Shown here piece after piece: positions 34,401 to 44,700 of a DNA stretch of 64,000 nucleotides (positions are counted from its first letter, which is position 1; each line of letters begins with the position of its first letter). This stretch comes from Marsupella aquatica (taxonomy: Eukaryota; Plantae; Marchantiophyta). The position numbers and the translations under genes are program-made. The stretch spans positions 13,222,359 to 13,286,358 of the forward strand of contig OZ316893.1 of the NCBI GenBank assembly GCA_973895155.1, in the 5' to 3' direction. Below the pieces are notes generated by a model. The model worked only from the letters and a program-made list of their open reading frames with translations, had not been told where the DNA came from and did not search any database.

Positions 34401-35219
34401 GTGATGCCACAGGTGTCCATCTTCTTCGGTGCAGTTTGGGAGGTGAAACCATTACTGTTCACGACGCGGTGCGCGATGCGACTGCTCAGGTTCTCTCTGG
34501 CTCTTTGGTATGCGTGCGGCGAGAGGTGGTACTCGAGTTACCTGGTCCTCCATCCCAGCGGTTACGGGTGGATCTTACTATGGTCCGTGAGGGTCAACGT
34601 ACTTTGGCAGATGTAGTGGTGGCAAACCCATTGCGCCAAGACATCCTTGGGACAGTGGCAACAACGAAGGAGGCCAAATATGTTGCACGCGCTTCATCCG
34701 ACAGCTTCCTCCCCCTTGCTTTGGAGCTCTTCGGGCGTCTTCATCCTCAGTTTGATGGGCTTCTTCGGCAAGCTGCCCGGGATGTTCATGGCCGAATGGG
34801 TCCCACCGGACCCCCGCAATCTGTTTTGACCATGCACTTTCGCCAACGCATTTCAGTCACCTTACAGCGTGCTCAAGCTCGGGCCAGCTATCGTCGATCT
34901 CTTACAGTGGGTGCTAGTGTGCCTCCGCAGCGAGAGGATGTTCCAATCCCACTTGCTGATCTAGTTTTGACCCTTGATGTGGACCATTAGCTTTTTGTCA
35001 CATTTGCTACGAATGATGTGGACCTCGGTCCGGTTGGGTTAGTTTTAGTCCCTCTTTCTTGGTTTTTAGGGGTTCCCTATTGCTCATTTCTTACTTTTAG
35101 TTCTTCTTTTTCGGTGTTTTGAGGTTCCCTTTTGTTCACTTCTTTTCGGTTTGGTTTTGTCCACTTGGACCCTCTTTTGTTTGTTCTTGTGTACAGTGTT
35201 TGGTCCCTTTCTATAAAAA
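31422..35219 (+). mobile_element. CRE-like (R2 group, restriction-like endonuclease) non-LTR retrotransposon; may extend to 30914 if the 186-bp repeats belong to it
   Basis: One long ORF, a T-rich 3' UTR after the stop at 34990, and a short A-tract (ctataaaaa, 35211-35219). No LTRs, no APE domain and no integrase are visible. Confidence 0.85.
31487..34990 (+). CDS. Retrotransposon polyprotein: Pro-rich N-terminus, Zn finger, RT, CCHC, RLE (first in-frame ATG at 31778, ~1070 aa)
   Basis: N-terminal CHDC...HH; RT motifs AGGPSG, VRPIAIGEVFLRLV, HQFAVG, QVDVSNAFNTVSR, GTRQGDPLGGPLF, LSDD, GLRVLGSPVG, LPISQGGFGL; CCHC CPCGKPCDATGVHLLRC; RLE HDAVRD...RVD...ADV...KEAKY...PLALELFG; C-terminal FRQRISVTLQRAQA. 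No internal stop codons. Confidence 0.92.
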   Translation: MLLIVRAPTQRFPRLAVGAVSRPDVVGSLHRLPFLFTCLGWAFCRFLIVHHVCVESVGAGQAPSPTTHFSPVLPPPPRGRLRVCSSSLNLSHLRDDPMPDALPVPPVYCPPHRRPGSSPHPIPPPPIYHPPPASSSTSVPPPPPVQSFPAPSPDERPLHTCHDCGWVGISLPHHRGRGRCHRRQQAQSQPQPPIDPVSSAPPSLEAPEQAWSWVRTLDPLPAYHPGYIRLRLSNHIPLAFRPLVRSSLLQLMQLILAHPMEVSYWSLLMLFPQWTLTLHSHGGRVGHRETASRIHRFLRGDWAQLQEEYFLCARSFTARALSDPARHSHPPEHRRLCRSCRLAQAGEYRRAVQALSPTTPAPPGEATSTALQDLHPQPHDQLPLFVEDFEPEEDLQFSRDHFTYAFLHAPRCAAGGPSGYVFEHFHDLFPPEDPQSGFPVFFSFCQCIAVGRLPPPVSRLLSASRLLALAKSSPGVRPIAIGEVFLRLVSRTLSSQFRSALSDHLSPHQFAVGVLGGCETVIAGIRATLDLHPDWVVLQVDVSNAFNTVSRAAIFCALRAADPDIQSLIPFVRCFYGLEAPLFYSHHSSTGVYTTLSSTEGTRQGDPLGGPLFAIAHFTALREAAMAHPQCIFPSLSDDTHIIGPPTAVTSALATLSTHLLGLGLRVQPVKSRAWSPAGLPSDLALPPGFLRPADGLRVLGSPVGTASFCSSFIVDALQAALAPTPMLPKLADSQVAFGMLLRCIHPRASYLARTHPPTEDLCLHLRSFDVSIRETLASLLGPGTLLSSPWLHRQLGLPISQGGFGLTSIASLAPLAFLGAWAAAFSLLADCFLNEDRPFLLSSLMEVEEGSLPFQVHLRAARSSLPDPVRVALLSFQEFLSLDPVRLQADLAGRMHAFTLSSILSEAPDTDRARILSSGGKGAGGWLQVNPVIPHLRMSSAEFSTAMRLRMGLPHPLLAGLPPSCPCGKPCDATGVHLLRCSLGGETITVHDAVRDATAQVLSGSLVCVRREVVLELPGPPSQRLRVDLTMVREGQRTLADVVVANPLRQDILGTVATTKEAKYVARASSDSFLPLALELFGRLHPQFDGLLRQAARDVHGRMGPTGPPQSVLTMHFRQRISVTLQRAQARASYRRSLTVGASVPPQREDVPIPLADLVLTLDVDH

Positions 35220-35849
35220 GTGTGTGTATATTACTCTGTTGGATGGGTCTACTTTTGGCTTTCAAGGCAAAAAAAATGGCACTCAATATTAGTATATATG
35301 TGGGCTCACTGGTTGCCATGTAGGACAGGTAGCCACCATACCTGAGCGGGTCCCAGAGTTCTTGCACCGAGTGCACATCATACCTGAAAGGGTCCACAAC
35401 TTCTTGCAGTTTCCACTCATTAAAGGTCCAGACTTAATCTTAGAGGGAATAAGAATAAGAAAGTCTTGTAAAGCCAGCCTTACTAGCCATCCTTCTAATG
35501 TGTGTAGAACGTACAGTCAGCTTGAGCTAAATGCACACTCCATAAGAGCAATCCCTGGATAATTGCATGGCATCAGCTTTGCACCGTTTGTACTTGTAAT
35601 AAGTAAGAAAAAGGCTCCACTGAACAATAATATGTAAGTGCAAACCAGTATATGTAAAATTATGGTAAGAGCACAAAATCCTAAGTGGAACTGGTGGAGA
35701 TAAGGGAATACCATTTTATGTAGAGTTAATGTTGCAATGATGAGAGTACTACAACAGAACTAAAGCCCTGCATAGCAACAAATTGACAATCCTGGTGGAG
35801 CCGGGGGTGGAGCTTCACAGTAAATTGCATAAGTGGGTCACAAAGAGGA

Positions 35850-37990
35850 ATTTGACTCTAGCCCTTAAAATAACCACCTTGGCCTACAAAGAATAGTGAA
35901 AGTCTGAGCCTACTATAGTGCCCACTACCAAAAGAAGCCAAACTGAGACCCAAACAGTTCAACTGGACTTTACTTTCTTCGGTCAAAGAATATTGTAGAA
36001 AGCCTAAAATAGTGCTATTGAAACATAATTAAATACATTCCCCTTAACACCATCAAGAAAGAACAGATTTGAATATTTTGAGTATTCATTCAGGAAGCGC
36101 ATGTCCATCTGGGCATTTTGGACAAAGTTGGATATGATGGGGCTTCCCTTCATTTTCTTGTGTTGAATGTGTATAGGAGCGCTTTAGTAAGATTAAAACA
36201 CATCTAGTTTTTCAGATAAGGCAACTTCATAACCCCCCTTACAAGTTGTCCAAAGGGTTATGAAGAGTCATAATCCACTGCCTCTACTCCCGACATTGTT
36301 CACAAGTATAGCTCCTATATGGTGAATCCACCTTGTAAATTTTGAGGCTGCTATATTCATGGTGAATCCACCTTTCATATTTTGTCTCATTCAATTTTTG
36401 TGTCAAGTATTTTGATTTTAATGTGCCTTAACAAGGTAAATCATTTGTATTAATTTAATTTTGAATTAACTTTAGGACCCCTCTGAATTATAGTGAACTT
36501 AGAGTATTTTGAATGTATTTGGCTCCCCTCATCAAGGTTTAATCTTTCCTTTTCAATCACTCCTTAGTGAATTCTCTTTTTTCTCATGAGAGTGTAAGAA
36601 ATGAATTTGAACAATGTGCACATTGGGTGTACTAAGTTACTCCCATGGTTTATTTTGCAAAATTTATGGTTTTAATGGAGTTGAATGTCATTACCTAGAA
36701 GCAAGTGAAAATCTGTACTGTATGTGCACAACTCAACTCTTTAGTACCTTTGTACTTTCTTTGTCATAATGTGATTTTATGTGCATATACTTGACATGTA
36801 CCTATACTTAATTGAATTACATATCATTACAAGACAAAAAAAAAGACATGTTCCAGTATGAACATGCTATATATCCTGACATTGTTCACAAGTATAGCCT
36901 GAAGCAAAAATACAAAGCAAAAAATCTCAAAAGTGGTTTCAGGAGTATTCCCTAGCTAAATGAGGCTCTAGATAGACAACAATGTTGTTTGTCTGTCTGT
37001 TGTTTGTCTGTCTATGTGCAGGGAGAAACAAAGGGTGACAGCTAAACTTTCCTATTGGTGAGGGAAATGACAAAGTGAAGTGATATGTCCAAATCAAAAT
37101 TCAGAATAATTATACAGTTTGCATCATACATAACAAATGAGGGTCCCCTCCATTTGGACCCTCATTGGCACTACTAACATCTTACATTAGAGTGAAGTAA
37201 AGTTCACAGCCATTTTTCAGTTCATACTTTCCTACAGTATTCATAGCCTCAGACTTTCAGTCACTAGTTTTATTCTTGCTTGTGGTGGCAAAGGGATCAG
37301 AGAGATGATACTGCATCCTTCCTTCTATTGTCATTACTCTTACACCCAAGACATACAAGAAGGTGACTAAGGTGTGAATTAAGGATACCCAACCTTGCAA
37401 GCTAGTAGTGACTACAACATCTCAAAACCCAAACCACCAATTGCGTGTAATATCTGGACAAAACCTGCAATTCTCTAGAATTCATTTACTTTGTTGGGCT
37501 CAAAACACAAGCCAGATCTCTTCAAAGTCATCAGAAATAACCCTTGTGCCTAAGTAAGTGTGATCCGTCTTTATTGTATCTTAAAACTCATTGGGACATT
37601 GTGTCCTGTCAAACATTTCAATTCTGCTCAGCTCCCTCTTCCTTATGGCCATGACCCAAGCATTGGTCAAAATATATATCATGTTGCCAAAGAACAACGC
37701 ATATAACTGGGAGACAAGATCTCATAAGCTGCAAATCCAATAATGGGGAGAACCAACAACAGGACCAACAAGCCAGAAATCATGAGAGTCCTCAACAACG
37801 GCACAGAACTATAAACCTACTAAGTGACAAACTGAAATCCTGGTAAAGCTCAAGAGTGAACTGCTAGGAGTATCCAAAATAAGTCTTTGTCTAAAACCTC
37901 CACCCTTCAAAGAATAATGAATGCGTGACATCTCTAAAGTCAAACTCAAAAAACTTGAGAATCTACCTCATCTGATTGTGCATTTATTTA
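35850..37990 (-). pseudogene. Heavily decayed CRE-like retrotransposon, tail-to-tail with the intact copy
   Basis: Minus-strand fragments occur in the same order as in the intact ORF: GGLGF (~37435), SSANEGPNGG (cf. LSSGGKGAGGW), SEF...HFPH (cf. AEFSTAMRLRMGLPHP), CEQC...MTLHN (cf. RC...ITVHD), EYSKY (cf. KEAKY), L**AQTFTILCR (cf. LQRAQARASYRR). Many stops and frameshifts; matched by eye. Confidence 0.5.
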
Positions 37991-39634
37991 CTCTGAAAAT
38001 CAGGTAAGCATTAGATTCCAGATGCAGCCAGGCCCACCAGTCAATACGAATTACAATGGTGCAATTATTTTATCAAGGTTTGCTATCAGCTAAATTGTTT
38101 ATATATGTAAGAGCAAAGCCCCCAAACCAGGTCAGAGTTTGACACATGGGACCAATCACAATCACAATCCTTTGCCTTACAGTGCAAAAGAGCAAAAACA
38201 TCAAACCTGGAAAAAGGGTCAAAGTAACCCAATAAAGGGAAAATGAAGGGGAAAATAGCCCAGAGTAGACCGAAGAGGCCCAACAAGGCAGGGAAACACT
38301 TGTCAAATTCTGAAGAACTTGTCGTTTCTTGTGGTTTGTGAGCTTGCTTGAGGCAAAGCACAAACTCTTAGATCCCAACTTTTATCCTCTAATGACACGG
38401 TGTATTTCCCAGCTACCTAGTGTGAGCCATACCTAACTAACATACTCCATTCAGAAGGATGTTCTATAATATTTATATTATAAACTTTAAATAAGTTATT
38501 TTACTTTACATTACACTAGCTATAAAACAAATAATGAAAACAAATAAGAATATAATGTGTTTTATTTGACACATTCTTTTCTTTTTACACGTTATAAAGT
38601 TTTGGTAAAAGATAGCAGCCAGAAAAATATCTATTTTAGATCCCACATGACTCCAACTATTTTTTGCGGTGACCCCACTGTAAAGTAACCCCTCTTCACC
38701 CAAGTTTTGTTTTGCTAAGGAGATATCAAACTAATTGGAGCTGGTATTACCCGGACCTGAGGAGTTACAGTTGGGGATCTGGTATTGTAATCTTAAACAA
38801 CTTAGAAAACAACTTAGAGCATTCTCATCCCTCCGATCAGGCGCAAACCAAACTCCAGATATTTGCAGTAGTAAAGCCCAAAGTGTTGTGACACATCTAT
38901 CGGGCTACAAGTGGAAGTGCCACCTTAATTGTGTTTCTTATCAAGATTTGGAGTTCACTCGGCAATACAGTCAAAAGATGGAAGGACTCTAAGGGAAACA
39001 CAACAACTATTACACAGGTTATGTTTCTGGCAAGCCACCTTCCATATATGAAGTGTGTCTCTTGGTGATGGTGGGTTGTATGCATGATGATTATGCTCAC
39101 ACAAACCTTTCAACTACTACCATATTTGATAAACCAAGTTTTCCTCTAAGATTGTCCTTTTCAGCTAGGGCCTCTCATACATGTGCTAGTGGACCACCAC
39201 TGCAAAAATAAATAGGATTATTTAATTCATTTTGAGGAAGACTTCCTGAGAATTACTATCAGAGTTAGGTTTCAAAATTTCTAAATGTCACATGTGAGAA
39301 TATGAATGGTTAAGAGCTACTTCTTTTTGAAGGGTAAAGGTGAATAAAAATTCACCTTTATCCTAAACCTTATCTTTAACAAGGTGCACGGTCATGGCCA
39401 TGCTTATGTGAATGATAAAATTTAGAATTTGTTAATGACAATCTGAATCCATGTTTCTCTGCATGGTGGGCACACATCTTTGGGGATGAATTCTGAAATC
39501 CATAGGAACTTGCAAGTAGAAATACCATATTTGTAAATTTAAAAAACTGTAAGAGGTAAAAAGAAGGTAATATACACTCAAAAATTAAGAATAATCTTTA
39601 AGATATACCTTTAATAATTTAAATAGTTTAAAGA

Positions 39635-39931
39635 GGGTAATCGTAATGTGCGAACAAACAGTAAAATTTTTCCTCGCATGAGAAAAAATATTCTTGCATG
39701 ACCCCTATTTTTCTACATCCAACTGCCTGGCTACCAACTACCTGGTTGGTAATCACTTTTTGGAGACTCCCCTTTTTGCTAGCGAGATCGCTAGCCATTT
39801 GGAGTCTTTAAAAAAATATAAAAAATAAAAAAGGCACCAAAAAGTAAATAAATTTTGAAACCATTAGTGTCTGGCTAATAACAGTCTCCTTGCTATAAAA
39901 ATCTACTCTTTGCTCGCAACATAGAATACCT
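39635..39931 (+). mobile_element. Long TIR-like arm of a fold-back DNA element
   Basis: GGGTAATCGTAATGTG...cagtaaaatttttcctcg...catgacccctatttttctacatccaact...aaaccattagtgtctggctaa aligns over ~297 bp to the reverse complement of 49666-49962. Confidence 0.6.
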
Positions 39932-40675
39932 CGTTTGAAGATAAGGAATATAAGCTCATTTAACCCCCTGAGGCACACATGGATTCTGTACATGTTGGCA
40001 AATATCTGAAACACTGGTTTACACCTCCTTTGGTATATTATAGGTGGAGAGACATACGATTTGGCTTATGACGTCATAAGAGTCTACAGAGGAGGTTGCC
40101 ATTGACTTACAAGGTCCGCCACAACAACGGGTAGGGGAAAATTTTACCGTGAGATGTGATAAGGCACCCTAGTTGATGTGGTGGTAGCCAATCCTTGCAT
40201 CAGGATATTGTAGGTACAACACACAGGTAAGGGTGTAGCATTGCGTGTAGGCATAAGAAGGAGGAGAAGTGTGCAGTATGAGTGCCTTCAGATAGATTTA
40301 TCCCCTCAGTCTCCTTTAAGAGTTTTGGGAGGATCAATCATCAATTTGATGAGCCACTTTGGCAAGCAGCAACAATAGAATTTGTTCTCACAAAGTCAGA
40401 TTGAGATGAGGCAACAAACCAACAACAAAGAAGCATCCTTAATACCCAAACTACTCAGGGTTTTTCTCACAATAGTGAAGTGTCATTCCCAAAAGTGCTA
40501 GTTTGCTGCTTAGACCCAAACTACTTGAGGTGTTCTTCACAAGAAGGAAATGTCCTTTCCAAAATCCCATCCAAAACAAAGTCAGTCCGTGGGGATGGGC
40601 AGGGACAATGTCTTGGTCCGAGCTTCAATTTGATATAAAGGATAAATAATTTAATTTAAATAGTGCAAAAAAATT

Positions 40676-40812
40676 CAAATTTGAAATAATATGTGACAAA
40701 CTAAGAAAACTTTGTTTAAGATAAGTGTGACAATATGCAAATTTTGAAATAACGTGTGACAAGCTATAATTTTTTTAAAGATCACGTCACAAAATGCAAA
40801 TTTGAGATCACT
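40676..40812. repeat. Degenerate ~33-bp tandem repeats (tttgaaataa.gtgtgacaa)
   Basis: Four to five diverged copies are visible. Confidence 0.55.
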
Positions 40813-41721
40813 TTGTTAGAGACAGTGAAAAACCCTTCACTATTGTAGCTTGGTGAAGACTAAGAACTACCCTTGAGTACTCGTTCCATGAACGTAAAGA
40901 GAGGTGTGAGGACAAACTGGTACCTTGCACAAAAAAGAGTCCTGGATGTTTTGGTTTTTCCAATCAGTTGTGTTTTGTGACTTCCAAGTACAATCATGGT
41001 CTAGAGGCTTTGCTCTACACTGTAGGCTTTAAAAGTAGCTTCTGTTTGCTAATTATTAGCAAGAGGGTTTGGTTTACACTTTAGCCATTGCCAAGGTTTG
41101 GTTTACACAGGAATTGCCAAAAGTGGTTATGTTGAGAGCTTTAGGTTTGAGGGATTGTTATGACTCTTGAGCCTAATGTGCTGCAAATTTGGAATCAACA
41201 TAAAATATCTTGGTGAGACGGTCACTGAAATTTTGATGTGATGACCGTTGTTGGCCTTCTCGTATGAAAATGTTTAGGGACAGAATGCATGCTGTGCAAT
41301 GATTTCCTCAATAGTTTTTGAAGCATTCCTAGTTCTCAGAATGGTACACCGCTCATAGTACAAACATACTATGGATTCAATTACGTTGAAACATTGAGGT
41401 TGAATTCATTTGAAATTTTCCGCTTGTTTGAAGTGGAGATGGCCACTTCTCTTTGTAATTTGGGACAACAAGAATTTGAGTACGGACTAGGGTATGCATC
41501 ACTACTGTATTGTAATGGCCATCTTGCCATTTTCTTGTCAACAGTTGTCGGGGATCTCTCAGGTTTCAAAACTTGTCCACAGGTTTTCTGCTAACTAATT
41601 GGGGCTCTCATTGGCCGATCTATTATTCAGTACATAAGTTCGATCACAATTTCACTGAGGCAAACTCAGATTCAAAACCACATTCTACACATCACTCGCA
41701 CTTACATTGAAGAAGGTTGGG

Positions 41722-44700
41722 ATGGCGCCAACAAAAGAGGGCGGTGTTGATGTATTTGCACAGCTTAATGACCTCTTTCATGAGCCTGAAGATGACGAGG
41801 ATAAGAAAAAGGAAATCTACTGCTATCACGAGTAAGAATACGTCATATGGCTCCCCTGAATTGCTATTGATAAGTCAATACCAAAATTTTACGTATATGC
41901 TTACTTTGAATTCAAGCGTCTTGAGCTACTATTTCGTGATGTATTTCAAGGTTCATGCTACCAAAATGATAGTTTGTAAGGGCTTTCACAAATCATGATC
42001 ATCTGCATTTCACACAATTTGAAACATTCTGATTTGTGGTGAAGTTCGGATTTCCTTCGAGGCCTACTGGAAAAGGAGAGGGAACTACTATCAAAAGTGG
42101 TGCAGGAAAATATTGATCTTTTGGAAGCAAGTCGGACTCAAAAAGAAGAGTCAGTGAGTTCGGTGTACACCCTTTATTTGAAGTGAATTTCTTGAAGCAA
42201 TTTGTTTGAATTAGAATTTTAGTCATAATATAACATTAGGTTGTGCTTCAAATACTGGGGTTCGATGGCCCTGGCTTCGGAAATTGTACTAGTGTTCAGT
42301 GTATAAGAGAAGGCGGTCCAATAGCAGCATTTCTGCTTGATTCTTTATACAGATTGGTTTAGTTTACTGGTTTCTTGCTTTTACGCATTTGGTGCCCATT
42401 CACCACCCATTATAACACACTTTAGAACACAATTTTCAACACACTTTAGAATAGACTTTTCAAGGGTTTTTCATTGCTTCTTTTCATTGGTCCATCAACC
42501 TTAGAAGGTGATATAACAGCTAACTTCAAGAACCAATCGAGGACTTCCGTTCAGTTATACATACTGTTAATGCACAAAATGAAACAATACAAAAGATTGT
42601 GTACGAAGAGAAAACTCGAAGAGAAATTGTGCTGCAATTGCGGAGTCAATTGATTGCCATAGAATCAATAGTACTTTCTTTAGAGCTTGGTTCAGAACTT
42701 CTTTTGCATTCACAACTTTGAAAGATTCTAAACATCTGCTTTGTTCAATTTGGCCAGTTTACCATTCAAGAAGCCCAAGCGGAAGATATCCAAGAGAAAA
42801 AGACACGAATTGAGGAGTTGGAAGGCCTCCTTGAGCAGGTGATTCTTTGGAGGAAGTAAGAACTTACTAGTTCATTTCAACAATTGCATGGCAAGCTGGT
42901 TTACCCACTGTACCTTTGTATAGTTTTCAATAGTTTCAAGGACTGGCGATATATTAAGTGTTTGCTGATATACATATACTGTATTTATAGAGCCCACTGC
43001 CCTAGTTGTTGAAGCAATTTTAATTTGCACTGCTCTTGAAAATTGCTTAGGGCAGAGGGATCATGACCTGAAAAAATTGGAGATTGATTCTGCACAACGA
43101 CTTTATGACGAGTGTCTAAAGTTAAAAATTAAGAATAAAGAATTATTTGACACTACTTCGAAGACAATTGAAGGGCTTGAGGAGATCATTGCAGGGGTAC
43201 AGCAATTTCGAGATCGTCAGGTATTCAATTCCTCGTAGCTATTGTCAGAGATTTTTGGAATTAAGAACAACTTGATTGAAAAATGGTCAAGTGAACACAG
43301 TTTGAACAACCGCCGGACAATACTAGTCCAGAGAACCAATTTTAAAAAAGTCTGGATTGAACTAACTTGAATGTGTTTTTAGAGATAGATTGGTTTCAAC
43401 CTAGATTATTGCAATGCTACTACGAAAGAACAACACGAATTAAGCTCATGTTGACTTCAAGACGTTCACAACTTCTCATGAGATCATGAAATGGAGCTGT
43501 TGTTTACTGCAATCCTGATGCTGGGACTCGACCACAAAATAATGCATGCTCATTACTTTAGGTTGAAGTTGAAACCAGAATGGCTGCAGCTGAAGAATAT
43601 GCCACAAAGACAAGACTGGAAATGGAGAGGATAATGCCTGATTTGGAGAGGAGTTTCATAGAAAAGGTATGTCTCTGGTTGCATCATCACAAAGCATTGT
43701 GACTAGCACAGAAAACAGGGCACTTCAAGGAATGCGAACAAATCTCGAGGCATAATTGTCCTGAAGATCCTCTAGATAAAGTAGCATATTAAGTATTCTG
43801 TACAGGTAGATAAGAGGACAATACTGTGTCGGGAAACTGTCGTCTGCCCGTGGATGATACAATAAGAGATCAACAAGTGAGGTACGATGCTGTATTCACG
43901 AACGTGGTGGATTTTGGGGCTAGACATCAGCAAAGTTTGATATCAAGTTCTACAAAATAACGAGCATTCGGTTCTTCACCTCCTAAGAGATTCAGTGGAT
44001 AGAAATGCATTGCGACTCCACGTTCCATGGATTTGTAATACTTTATTCTTCCATGTCAGTTAACTCCAAGAACCCGTCCGTGATCATTCGAAAATACTAC
44101 AAATCCAAAGCTAAGAATAGTGGAATTTTAAACAATTTGCTTTTGGTCGGAAAGCAATTGAATAGTATTGATATAAAAATTACTTAGGTAGAGGTACAGC
44201 AAGCTAGAAACAAACAACAACAAATTGGTCCTAATGGGAGATAGGTTATTAGTAAAAGTTGGATCCTGACTCTGGATGAGTTCACTACTGACATGCAGTG
44301 TAGCGTTTACGAAAAGGAGTTCGAAAAGAAACTGGAGGAAATGCAGATCGCATTGACTGAAACTATCGAAGACCGTGTTTCAGAACGAACCAAAAATATT
44401 CTAGCAGATGTAAACATTATCATCAAATTTTCATTTCATTCCTGCAAAAGGCGGTTGTTGTAGATGAATTAACTCGAAATGATCAATCATTCTTATTGAT
44501 AAGAGATGTCTCTTAATATTGAACTGCACAAACTCAATTGGAGCTGATAGTTCTAAGTGATGGGTAAGATAAATGGATGAACCTCCTGCCAATCTCAAAA
44601 CGTAGCAGTTGTCCATATCTAAACCTGACTGTCTAATACCGATATCGACCTATGTTAGAGTAGAGGGGTAACAAATGCCTCAGAAGATCGTAGTTGTTAT

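Noticed and set aside
42520-42720. Coiled-coil-looking open frame (EPIEDFRSVIHTVNAQNETIQKIV...) in BBOF1 intron 2
   Set aside because: No phase-compatible acceptor was found, and exons 2 and 3 join directly in frame.
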